64,000 nt of DNA. It comes from an uncultured archaeon (GTDB lineage: Archaea; Altiarchaeota; Altiarchaeia; IMC4; SCGC-AAA252-I15). The notes beneath the pieces were generated by a model. That model saw only the letters and a list, made by a program, of their open reading frames with translations. It was not told the origin of the DNA and did not search any database. A program made the position numbers and the translations under genes. Where the stretch lies: positions 55,597 through 119,596 of the forward strand of contig CAZPLO010000002.1 of assembly GCA_964587725.1 (NCBI GenBank), given 5' to 3'. Of the stretch, positions 56,279 to 64,000 are shown piece after piece (the first letter of the stretch is position 1; the number at the start of each line of letters is the position of its first letter).

Positions 56279-57382
56279 TTATAGGTTTCCGAATATGAGT
56301 CCGGCGGTGGTTGCGTAGATTACGACGAATGTTACGTATACGATTGTTTTTTTGGTTCCCAGCACTGATTTTATGACGAGCATGTTTGGCAGGCTCAGGG
56401 AGGGTCCTGCCAGAAGGAGTGCGAGTGCGGGGCCTTGATTCATGCCTTTGGATATGAGTGTCTGGAGTATGGGTATTTCGGTTAGGGTGCTGAAGTACAT
56501 GAAGGCTCCGAATATTGCCGCCGTCACGTTTCCTATTACATTGTTCTGTCCGACCAGTCTTTCAACCAAATCGCGGGGGAGATATGGGTCTATGAATCCG
56601 GCTATGAATACTCCGGCGAACAGGTAGGGGGTCAATAGTTTTGTGAACCCCCATACTTCAGTTAGCCATTCGTTTCTCTCCTCCTTCTTGAATTTCGTTG
56701 ACACGGTTGCCAAGGTCACCAGTGCAAACACCCCCATCAACAAGTATTTTAGGGTTGTGTTAATCTGCAGTCCGTTTACTACTAAGACTGCTATCATGCT
56801 GCCAAAGAATAACGCCATGACCGGTTTGGACAGTTCGAAGCTGCCGTCACCCATTACTAGCTCTTGTTCCTTGTGTTTTTCCCTGAAAACCAGCTCCATC
56901 GATAGCCCCGTGATTAATGCCAACACTATCGCAGCTATCGCCCGTGCCAAACCAATCTTGACTCCCAGCACGCTCCATGTTAGGAATATTGCCGCGATGT
57001 TTATGGCAGGGCCGGAGAAAAGGAATGTTACGGCCGGACCAAGCCCTGCGCCTCTTTTGTATATTCCCGCAAATAGCGGGAGGATTGTGCATGAGCATAC
57101 TGCGAGTATTGCCCCGGATACGGAGGCTATCGCGTATGCCAAGGCTTTGTTGGCTTTGCCGCCCAGGTATTTGAGTACGAAGTCTTTTTTTATGAATACT
57201 GCTATGCCACCTGCTATGAAGAACGCGGGTACAAGGCAGGTGAGGACGTGCTTTTGGGCGTAGTCGTTCAGAAGATACACTCCGTTCTGGATTGCCTGCT
57301 GGAATGTTTGACTTCCAACCGGCATGAAGTATATGCCGATGAAAAACAACAGCAGCCCGATTAGTTTCGTCCTCTCCTTCAC
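56279..57382 (-). CDS. ArsP/DUF318 family permease
   Basis: HVLTCLVPAFFIAG, AVCSCTILPLF, MYFSTLTE, GPSLSLP. Confidence 0.9.
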   Translation of the reverse strand: MKERTKLIGLLLFFIGIYFMPVGSQTFQQAIQNGVYLLNDYAQKHVLTCLVPAFFIAGGIAVFIKKDFVLKYLGGKANKALAYAIASVSGAILAVCSCTILPLFAGIYKRGAGLGPAVTFLFSGPAINIAAIFLTWSVLGVKIGLARAIAAIVLALITGLSMELVFREKHKEQELVMGDGSFELSKPVMALFFGSMIAVLVVNGLQINTTLKYLLMGVFALVTLATVSTKFKKEERNEWLTEVWGFTKLLTPYLFAGVFIAGFIDPYLPRDLVERLVGQNNVIGNVTAAIFGAFMYFSTLTEIPILQTLISKGMNQGPALALLLAGPSLSLPNMLVIKSVLGTKKTIVYVTFVVIYATTAGLIFGNL

Positions 57383-57618
57383 TTTCTCGCCCTTTCAATC
57401 AGCTTCTCGATTTCTTCAGCATCCAATACTTTTCCCGCAGACACGACTTTCCCGTCTATGACTAATGCGGGCGTCATCATCACGCCATAAGAGAGTATCT
57501 TGTCCATGTCCTGGGTCTTAACGACATCCACATTTTCAATTTCTTCCACCGCTTTTATTGCATTCTCCTCAAGCTTCTTGCATTTCGGGCAGCCTGTCCC
57601 CAGTATTTCAATCTTCAT
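57379..57618 (-). CDS. MTH895/ArsE-family small thioredoxin-like protein
   Basis: ILGTGCPKC, YGVMMTPALVIDG. Confidence 0.92.
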   Translation of the reverse strand: MKIEILGTGCPKCKKLEENAIKAVEEIENVDVVKTQDMDKILSYGVMMTPALVIDGKVVSAGKVLDAEEIEKLIERARK

Positions 57619-57940
57619 TTTGTTTCTCCTCCATTAATTTTTTCTTTACCGTGGAGAGCAATGAATTTTCCCGTATAATATCCCGTACATACTCTTTGTC
57701 CGGGAAGCTTATTGCATCCTGTATGCAGGTTACCTGGCAGGTGGTACAGCCGACCATGCAGTTTTTAGGTCTTGCCACCGTCGGCTTGTTTTCTTCAAAA
57801 TCAAAGTCATAGACGTTTCTGCCACAGCCTACTGCACACATGCCGCATCCCACGCACTTATCTGTGTCAACTGTTGGGTTCCAATCTATCTTTTCCCTGG
57901 GTATTCCATGCCATTGAGTAAATTTTTTATCTGAATCCAT
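57608..57940 (-). CDS. 2[4Fe-4S]-type ferredoxin family protein
   Basis: CVGCGMCAVGC and CMVGCTTCQVTC. Confidence 0.88.
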   Translation of the reverse strand: MDSDKKFTQWHGIPREKIDWNPTVDTDKCVGCGMCAVGCGRNVYDFDFEENKPTVARPKNCMVGCTTCQVTCIQDAISFPDKEYVRDIIRENSLLSTVKKKLMEEKQNED

Positions 57941-57943
57941 TTT

Positions 57944-58318
57944 TTAGAGTTTTTTCATAACGTCGTCCACTATCTTGCAAACATCTTCTTTTTTGACTGG
58001 TTCGGATGATTTCTCCACCCCTGCTTCTGTGGCAACACAGTATAAGTCTGCTTTAAGCCCTGCCTGCTCTAACGTCTTTAAAGCGCATTTCACCGGGCAG
58101 CCGTCCAAGACTATTCTTTTTTCCGCGTCCCTTGCACCAACTATCATGCCTTCCACGCCCCCGCCTATCCCGGCCAGGCAATACATCCTCCCCGCTCTGT
58201 TTTCTGCGAGTTTGAGGGCTGCTTGGTTTGTCGCCTGCCCGCAGTTTGACGCACCGCTGCACGCGAAAATCAGGGTTTCGCCCCCAGAGCAACTACATTG
58301 CGCACACATCTTCACCAC
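57944..58318 (-). CDS. DGC-domain putative zinc-binding protein
   Basis: FACSGASN.GQ, MYCLAG, LDGCPVKC. Confidence 0.9.
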   Translation of the reverse strand: MVKMCAQCSCSGGETLIFACSGASNCGQATNQAALKLAENRAGRMYCLAGIGGGVEGMIVGARDAEKRIVLDGCPVKCALKTLEQAGLKADLYCVATEAGVEKSSEPVKKEDVCKIVDDVMKKL

Positions 58319-58321
58319 ATA

Positions 58322-58343
58322 TATATTGATACATTTGAATATA
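58322..58343. promoter_or_regulatory. Imperfect 8-N6-8 palindrome (candidate ArsR/SmtB-type operator)
   Basis: TATATTGA-tacatt-TGAATATA just upstream of the DGC gene; second copy at 59615-59636. Confidence 0.5.
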
Positions 58344-58355
58344 AAAATTTAGTGG

Positions 58356-59063
58356 TTACATGAACATTATTAGGGTATAGTATATCCCGACTGCCAGGAA
58401 GACGTAGGCTACTAGTCTTCTGACTGTTTTCTCCACCTTCTGGGCCTTATTTATCATGCCACCGATTTTTGACGCGCTTTTCACCAAGAGTATTGAGGAT
58501 AATATGACTGGCAACCCGGTAGCGAACGCGAATATCGATGGCACGAGTATTCCGTCGTTTGACTTTAAGGCAAGGGGTATGAGCATTCCAAAGTATAATA
58601 CTGCGCTGAACGGGCAAAACGAGAGTGCGAATATCACTCCCAGAAGGAATGCGCCGATGTATCCTTTCTCGCCGAGTTTCTCCTTCAGGCCCTCTAACTT
58701 GCCTTCTCCACTGATGTCAAACTGTATTATCTCAAGCATCACTAAACCGATGACAAGAAGTAGGGGTCCCAAAATCTTTTCCCCATATGCCTGCAGAAAC
58801 AATGCTATTTCCTGGCTGTTCATACCCACATAGACAATTAGGCTTGCCAATCCCGCATAGGACACCATCCTGCCAAAGGTGTAGACTAGGCCGACAAGTA
58901 TCGTATGCCTGCTGTTGTCTATTTTCCGGGATATGTAGGCTACTGCAGTAATGTTTGTGGCAAGGGGGCAGGGGCTGAATGCCGTCATCAAGCCGATGAA
59001 GAATGCTGCAACAACAGGTATGTTGCTTGAACCCATCGACTCCATAAAAGACATCAAATCCAT
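58356..59063 (-). CDS. ArsG/CcdA-like (DsbD_2) membrane protein
   Basis: SPCPLATN, GR..SY, LSFCPFS, TGLPV. Confidence 0.88.
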   Translation of the reverse strand: MDLMSFMESMGSSNIPVVAAFFIGLMTAFSPCPLATNITAVAYISRKIDNSRHTILVGLVYTFGRMVSYAGLASLIVYVGMNSQEIALFLQAYGEKILGPLLLVIGLVMLEIIQFDISGEGKLEGLKEKLGEKGYIGAFLLGVIFALSFCPFSAVLYFGMLIPLALKSNDGILVPSIFAFATGLPVILSSILLVKSASKIGGMINKAQKVEKTVRRLVAYVFLAVGIYYTLIMFM

Positions 59064-59064
59064 T

Positions 59065-59592
59065 TTAGCTTAGGTCTCCGTTGAGTCTCTTGTCCAGTAT
59101 GCCCTTCAGATAGCTCATATAATCTTCTTCGTTGTTGAGCTTGTACCAGACTTGAACGTTCTCCTCCTTGTGGAATTCCCCATTGACATAGGTTCCTATG
59201 AAAAGAGAGGAACCCCTTGCACCGTATTTCATCACCAAATCTCCGTTTTCAGCTTTCTGGCCGTCTATGTGCCCAAAAACCAGTTTCCCAGAGGCTAACT
59301 CATCCTTGTAGTATGTGTCCACCGTCTTTTCCGCCAGCTCCCCCAGCCTGATACATGACCAGCACTGGTTTGTGGCATGAAAATGAATGACTTCCACCTT
59401 CACGCCCAAATCATCCTTTTTTTCCAAAACCGTGGTTGATGGCGAAGGCTGGGGGGTTGTCGGGGTTGTTTCTTGTGGTGTTTCACTGTTTTTCAAAAGC
59501 GGCATCGCCGCCACCGCCAACACCATCACCGCCATCAACCCTAACACAGCGTATCCCCTTTGTTTGTCAATCATGATTTTCATCTTATCCAA
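59065..59592 (-). CDS. ArsF-like membrane-anchored thioredoxin-fold protein
   Basis: N-terminal TM; VIHFH..QCWSC, SSL motif. Confidence 0.8.
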   Translation of the reverse strand: MDKMKIMIDKQRGYAVLGLMAVMVLAVAAMPLLKNSETPQETTPTTPQPSPSTTVLEKKDDLGVKVEVIHFHATNQCWSCIRLGELAEKTVDTYYKDELASGKLVFGHIDGQKAENGDLVMKYGARGSSLFIGTYVNGEFHKEENVQVWYKLNNEEDYMSYLKGILDKRLNGDLS

Positions 59593-59614
59593 AATACTAT
59601 GTCACCTATATTTA

Positions 59615-59636
59615 TATATTCAAATACTTAAATCTA
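59615..59636. promoter_or_regulatory. Second copy of 8-N6-8 palindrome
   Basis: TATATTCA-aatact-TAAATCTA upstream of the ArsF-like gene. Confidence 0.45.
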
Positions 59637-59654
59637 TATCTTCTGTGCCTGTTC

Positions 59655-59945
59655 TTAGCAACAGCCCCCTGGTGGATTAGTGCTGTTGCATCCGTAGCTT
59701 GAAGAATTGGCTTTTTGAGAGCACAATTTTTCAGCAATGCCAAGTATGGAATTTGCAGGCATTTGCTTCACCCTGCAGGCCATATCCACTGCCAGCCATA
59801 TATATTCTTTGGATACTCCAAGCTGCATTGCCTCATTAAAATGATATTTCAGGCACACGTCACAATTACATCCAATCGCGGCTCCAATCGCAACCAACTC
59901 TCTTGTCTTATCATCAAAAATGCTTTCTTTTGCGTCTCCATTCAT
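59655..59945 (-). CDS. Carboxymuconolactone decarboxylase/AhpD-family protein
   Basis: RELVAIGAAIGCNCDVCLKYH; GCC C-terminus. Confidence 0.85.
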   Translation of the reverse strand: MNGDAKESIFDDKTRELVAIGAAIGCNCDVCLKYHFNEAMQLGVSKEYIWLAVDMACRVKQMPANSILGIAEKLCSQKANSSSYGCNSTNPPGGCC

Positions 59946-59951
59946 TTTTTT

Positions 59952-60134
59952 TTAACCTCCTGAGTCTAACCCCTGCATTAATTCTTCAAGCTCTTCCCGG
60001 GCTTTCTGTAACACATTATTTTTCTTGATAAAATTCTTAACAATCTTCTTGTCATGAAAGTTTATTGCGTCAAATATACGCCAAACCTCACAGGAACTGC
60101 AGCCCATCATACACTGCAAAGGACTTGCCGACAT
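59952..60134 (-). pseudogene. Truncated paralog of the 57608-57940 ferredoxin
   Basis: PLQCMMGCSSCEVWRIFDAINF aligns to PKNCMVGCTTCQVTCIQDAISF; N-half is missing and one Cys is replaced by Arg. Confidence 0.65.
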
Positions 60135-60136
60135 AC

Positions 60137-60781
60137 CTATACCTCCAAGTCCTGGATTTTCTCTTGATTGTAGGAATAAATGACTGGGATTCTGAATTTT
60201 TCTATCTTGTTTCCTGCATCATCAACAGGTATGACCAGCGCAAGACCGCCTGCATAATCTCTCCAGTCAATCAATACAATCTCGTTTATCCCCTCCCTGA
60301 TTGCGGATTCTACCGAATCGTAGAACAGGATATTCTCTGTATCTTGAAGGTATTCCCTGGCAAGCTGTTCATCTACTGATGTGTGAATCCTGTTGTTTTT
60401 CAATCGAGAAACGTGTATCAACCTCTTTTCTCTGCCTGCCAGCGTCAAACCTTGCCTTAACCTTTTTTCAAAAGCATTATCTAATTCATCATTTTCTGCA
60501 AGCCGTCCAACAAGAACTAGATCAACAGAACCTTTATTTAACTCATTGAGTGCTTGGGCTGTATAGTCAAATGCTTGTAATGAAACATGACTGTTTTTTG
60601 ACGCAGTCTCCTTGGCCAAGTCAGCCATTGTCGGGCAGTAGCCGACAGTCACCCGCTCTTTTACAGTAACATTTACTTCAAGACCTTCTTTTGCTCTAAC
60701 ATTTCCTTCAAAAGTGAGTCCACCCAACAGCAGTAATAGTATGATTGTTGGCAGGCTTAAAACAATGATTGTTTTCTTCAT
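60137..60781 (-). CDS. Hypothetical membrane-anchored/secreted protein (possible binding-protein-like)
   Basis: N-terminal hydrophobic helix; GYCPTM, ALNELNKGSVDLVL. Confidence 0.65.
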   Translation of the reverse strand: MKKTIIVLSLPTIILLLLLGGLTFEGNVRAKEGLEVNVTVKERVTVGYCPTMADLAKETASKNSHVSLQAFDYTAQALNELNKGSVDLVLVGRLAENDELDNAFEKRLRQGLTLAGREKRLIHVSRLKNNRIHTSVDEQLAREYLQDTENILFYDSVESAIREGINEIVLIDWRDYAGGLALVIPVDDAGNKIEKFRIPVIYSYNQEKIQDLEV

Positions 60782-60785
60782 TTTT

Positions 60786-61052
60786 TTAGATTGTCCTCAA
60801 TGCGTTAGTTAAATCCACGGCATTAAAACCAACAAGTTTAATATGGTTTTCTTCAATGAACTTGTTTACGACATCAGTTACATCATCCCTGCTTTTTCCC
60901 TCAAGCATTTTTTCTATCTGAGTGATTGCTGTTTCTGGATGCACGAAAAAATCCCCTGATATTTTTATGGATTTTATGCTGTCTTTTTTCATATCGACTT
61001 CGAGCCTGAGCAGTTTTCCGTTTGGCACCTTGTAATCAATATCTTGTTTCAT
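60786..61052 (-). CDS. lplB: Lipoate-protein ligase small subunit (C-terminal domain, LplB-like)
   Basis: YKVPNGKLL, IKISGDFF.HPE; overlaps the lplA stop. Confidence 0.85.
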   Translation of the reverse strand: MKQDIDYKVPNGKLLRLEVDMKKDSIKSIKISGDFFVHPETAITQIEKMLEGKSRDDVTDVVNKFIEENHIKLVGFNAVDLTNALRTI

Positions 61053-61813
61053 CGTAGTTCCATCCACCCCGTTGTAGCGTATTTTTCCCGGCATAATTTC
61101 TCAGCTAATTCCCACTCTCCTTGAAGTAATCCACTTTCTTCAAGCTTGATGTTAAATACATCTTCAAACCCGGTTATCATAGAGTTCCTCAGTTCATCAA
61201 AGGATGGTTCCCGGCCTAATTCTGAAGCTAGAGACGTGACTCTTTCTTCAACAGCCTTTATCAGCTTGTCTTTAATCTTTTCATCAGGCACTTTCAAGAG
61301 AGTGAACATTCTCTTTACATCGACATCAATAAGAATAGTCCCATGCTGCAAGACGGCTCCTTCTTTTCTTGTCTGGGCGTTGCCCGATATTTTCTTGTTA
61401 TTAACGACAATATCATTTATCGGTTTGAATCCTGAATGAACACCGATTAAATCCAAGCCCCTTGTGATAGCGCCACAGATTATTCTATAAGATTCGATTA
61501 TGTTTTGGGGGACATCTTTTTCAGAGACCGCTAATGAATAAGTCAGTTCCTTATCATGGAAAACCGCCCCTCCGCCAGTATATCTCCGCACTATATCCAC
61601 TCCCTGCCTTTCTGCAGTTTTAGCATCAACTTCTTTTTCAACTGACTGGAAATACCCAATTGTAACGCACTTTGGATTCCATGTGAAGAATCTTAATGTG
61701 TTTGGCACTTTATTTTTGATCCTATAAGTCAGTATGGCCTCGTCTATTGCCATCTGCATCGCCCCGTTTGCCTCGATTGTATTAATTAATCTCCATGTTT
61801 TCATTTTCTGCAT
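61049..61813 (-). CDS. lplA: Lipoate-protein ligase catalytic subunit
   Basis: MAIDEA, RRYTGGGAVFHD, ND, KKISGNAQ, LQHGT. Confidence 0.93.
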   Translation of the reverse strand: MQKMKTWRLINTIEANGAMQMAIDEAILTYRIKNKVPNTLRFFTWNPKCVTIGYFQSVEKEVDAKTAERQGVDIVRRYTGGGAVFHDKELTYSLAVSEKDVPQNIIESYRIICGAITRGLDLIGVHSGFKPINDIVVNNKKISGNAQTRKEGAVLQHGTILIDVDVKRMFTLLKVPDEKIKDKLIKAVEERVTSLASELGREPSFDELRNSMITGFEDVFNIKLEESGLLQGEWELAEKLCREKYATTGWMELR

Positions 61814-62259
61814 TAATGATCGACCAGATTTATGGTTGTGCTGGAATTGACAACCAGCCCCCCAGTTATAAGTATTTCCACGTTAAGGTCATAAGGGCCT
61901 GGATAGACGCCTCCACAGCCTGAAGTACAGTAAGGCGTTTTTGCATTAAACACTATCTCGTTTTCGCCCTGGGAGAGATTCACGATTTTTGATTCTTTTA
62001 CATAAGCGCGGTTGTATGGCTTTATTCCAGACAGACTCACAGTAGCCTTTTCAAGGCTTTCTGAACTTCTGATAAGAACCGAAACCCTCATGTCTTCATG
62101 GGAGCCGTAGGTGTTTTTGTCCGTCGTGAGCATGGCGATTTCAATGCCTGGAGTTCCGTTTTCGAATGTGTTTGTATTCTGAATGCACCCAGAAATAGAG
62201 GCCAAGACGGCAAGCATCAATGCCAGAGAAAATAATTTGCAGATATTTAACGCCTTCAT
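61813..62259 (-). CDS. Hypothetical lipoprotein
   Basis: ISGC lipobox; TPYCTSGCGG; Ig-like beta pattern. Confidence 0.7.
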   Translation of the reverse strand: MKALNICKLFSLALMLAVLASISGCIQNTNTFENGTPGIEIAMLTTDKNTYGSHEDMRVSVLIRSSESLEKATVSLSGIKPYNRAYVKESKIVNLSQGENEIVFNAKTPYCTSGCGGVYPGPYDLNVEILITGGLVVNSSTTINLVDH

Positions 62260-63095
62260 ATAACATCCCCTGCCTTGTATGAGCTTCTCACTAAAGGTCC
62301 TGCAATAACCTGCTTTACCCTCATTTCTTTCGTTCTTTCCTCGATTTTCTTGAATTCTTTAGGAGTATAATACTTTTTTACCTCAAAATGTTTTTCGCTT
62401 GGCTGTAAATATTGCCCGATTGTCACGATATCACAGCCAGCATCCTTTAGATCGGTTATAGTCTGGACGACTTGGCTCATTTCCTCTCCAAATCCCAGCA
62501 TAAGGCCTGATTTGATTTTCATATCTGGATTAAATTCCTCTGCCTTTTTTAACAGCATCAAGGAAATAGCATAACTTCCCTTAGGCCTTAATGTAGGGAA
62601 CAAGTCCCTTACGGTTTCGATGTTGTGGTTTAATACATCCGGTCTTGCATCGATTATTTCCTTTAGTGAATTCCAGTCTCCATTAAGGTCGGAAATCAAC
62701 ACCTCGATTCTGCAGTCAGGAGTTAACTTTCTGATTTCTTTTATTGTATTAACAAATTGTTTGGCTCCTCCGTCTGGAAGATCATCCCTTGTAACACAAG
62801 TGATTACCGCGTATTTCAGGTTTAGTTTCTTAATTGCTTTTGCTATCCTTGCTGGCTCACCAGCATCAACCTCTGCAGGTATGCCGCTTTTGACGTTGCA
62901 GTAAAGGCAGTTTCTTGTGCACGTATCCCCCAGTATCATGAATGTAGCTGTCCTTTTTGAAAAGCATTCATATCTATTAGGGCAATTCGCCTCAACACAC
63001 ACCGTCGTCAAATTATTCTGTTCAATCAGCTCCTTTGTTTCCACATATGCTGTTCTGTCATATTCAGGAATCTGAATATTTTTTAGCATAAGCAT
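62256..63095 (-). CDS. lipA: Lipoyl synthase
   Basis: CVEANCPNRYEC (auxiliary cluster), CTRNCLYC (radical SAM), HNIETV, GQYLQPS, RSSY. Confidence 0.96.
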   Translation of the reverse strand: MLMLKNIQIPEYDRTAYVETKELIEQNNLTTVCVEANCPNRYECFSKRTATFMILGDTCTRNCLYCNVKSGIPAEVDAGEPARIAKAIKKLNLKYAVITCVTRDDLPDGGAKQFVNTIKEIRKLTPDCRIEVLISDLNGDWNSLKEIIDARPDVLNHNIETVRDLFPTLRPKGSYAISLMLLKKAEEFNPDMKIKSGLMLGFGEEMSQVVQTITDLKDAGCDIVTIGQYLQPSEKHFEVKKYYTPKEFKKIEERTKEMRVKQVIAGPLVRSSYKAGDVI

Positions 63096-63097
63096 CT

Positions 63098-63373
63098 TTA
63101 AGAAAACACCTTCTCGGTTTCTATCAATTCAACAAAGCCCGGATAATCAATAAGCTCGACCCCTGCATTATTCTGGATTCCCCGAAGCTCCAAGTCTTCT
63201 TTTAATGCCGATACTTCAACGTTTTTCTCTGTGAGTGTTTGGATGCCGGACTCATCTTTATTCAATATCAGCACTCCATCCTGTATCAGCAGCACCTTGT
63301 CTTTAGGATTCAAATGCTTAGTCATGCTAGGTTCTCCTTTCAGCAAAGATTCTTTTATTATGAATAACACCAT
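63098..63373 (-). CDS. dsrH: DsrH/TusB-family sulfur relay protein
   Basis: VLLIQDGV, LKEDLELRG, IDYPGFVEL. Confidence 0.88.
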   Translation of the reverse strand: MVLFIIKESLLKGEPSMTKHLNPKDKVLLIQDGVLILNKDESGIQTLTEKNVEVSALKEDLELRGIQNNAGVELIDYPGFVELIETEKVFS

Positions 63374-63382
63374 TCTTTCACC

Positions 63383-63733
63383 TCAAAAATTAATGATTGC
63401 TTCAGCTTCATCGATGAAGCCCCTAATCTGTTGTTGGGTTGCCTGTTTTACGTCAATCAAACTATCGTTTTTAAGATTCCGCTCGGATACGGACTCTGCA
63501 TCGGCAAATATTTTCAGCCCGAACTCTCCAGCATTGCTAAATCCTTCTGCCAAGCTGGTCATTTCAGCAATTTCCGGGTGCTGGTTTTTTGTAAGGCAAA
63601 ACACCCCCTCGTCTGCAAAAACAAGCTTTGCCTCCAAGTCCATGCCCGCGAAAGCAATTCCTGCCCTCAATGCTTCTGCCGCAAAAACGCTTCCAAAAGG
63701 AGCCTTATTAACTATCAATAATACTTTTTTCAT
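63383..63733 (-). CDS. dsrF: DsrF/TusC-like sulfur relay protein
   Basis: KAPFGS...EALR, F.DEGV, ESVSER; between dsrE and dsrH. Confidence 0.8.
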   Translation of the reverse strand: MKKVLLIVNKAPFGSVFAAEALRAGIAFAGMDLEAKLVFADEGVFCLTKNQHPEIAEMTSLAEGFSNAGEFGLKIFADAESVSERNLKNDSLIDVKQATQQQIRGFIDEAEAIINF

Positions 63734-63742
63734 TTTAACACC

Positions 63743-64000
63743 TCATATGTTCACGAATTTGTCGCAATCCTTTATCATATCTGCAAGTCCTGGAAGGCCT
63801 TCAAGCTCTCCTTTTTCGATAAGCTGGTCTCTTCTTATCCCCCGGTATTGGACGCAGACTCCACAGATCTTTACCTCAACCCCTAATCTTGTCAGTTCAT
63901 CAAGCTTTTTTGCAAGGTTTCTCTCACTGCCGGAGTTTATCTCTTTATTTGCTGCTATTACGCTGTCTACATAAAGAAATATTTTAACTTCATGTTTTTT
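63743..64000 (-). CDS. dsrE: DsrE/TusD-like sulfur relay protein (3' part; runs off window end)
   Basis: Manual translation ...HEVKIFLYVDSV...ICGVCVQYRGI...GLPGLADMIKDCDKFVNI*. Confidence 0.8.
   Translation of the reverse strand, partial: KKHEVKIFLYVDSVIAANKEINSGSERNLAKKLDELTRLGVEVKICGVCVQYRGIRRDQLIEKGELEGLPGLADMIKDCDKFVNI

Larger units (their letters stand above)
52300..64000. other. Island-like accessory region of lower GC (metal/redox/lipoate genes)
   Basis: Visible AT enrichment, strongest after about 56 kb; gene remnants; no integrase or att site seen. Left boundary is approximate. Confidence 0.6.

Noticed and set aside
56279-64000. Selenocysteine (in-frame TGA) in the redox proteins
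   Set aside because: CxxC motifs are all Cys-encoded and the ORFs are full length without readthrough.

Overview
Archaeal chromosomal window: TFB, Gar1, Hjc, PolB3, XPD, CTP-dependent RibK, archaeal ArgS/HisS and class III signal-peptide pilins. Gene style (MEYLMTYGWAIL pilins, Thr-rich surface proteins) suggests an Altiarchaeota/DPANN-like lineage, which is inference. From 1 to about 52.3 kb the DNA is GC-rich and mostly housekeeping. It includes a type IV pilus locus (about 16.2-30.4 kb: four major-type pilins, an embedded glycosylation cassette, NERD nuclease, two TadC-like proteins, ATPase, a cupredoxin-fused pilin-like protein) and a four-gene MoxR / SNAP-like solenoid / beta-propeller / membrane-wHTH operon. 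From about 52.3 kb to the end the DNA becomes progressively AT-richer and island-like (DUF134, ZIP transporters, ArsP/ArsEFG-like redox cluster, LplAB, LipA, DsrEFH, gene remnants). No rRNA, tRNA, CRISPR array, integrase or transposase was recognised. The best leads are: (1) two unannotated arrays of three 21-bp-spaced palindromic AAACWGTTT boxes about 29.3 kb apart; (2) a NikR-divergent pair of paralogous small membrane proteins behind a perfect 9-N16-9 inverted repeat, a candidate new metal transporter; (3) the vWA-less MoxR operon; (4) DsrEFH coupled to lipoyl synthase. All family calls are by eye from motifs; no searches were run.
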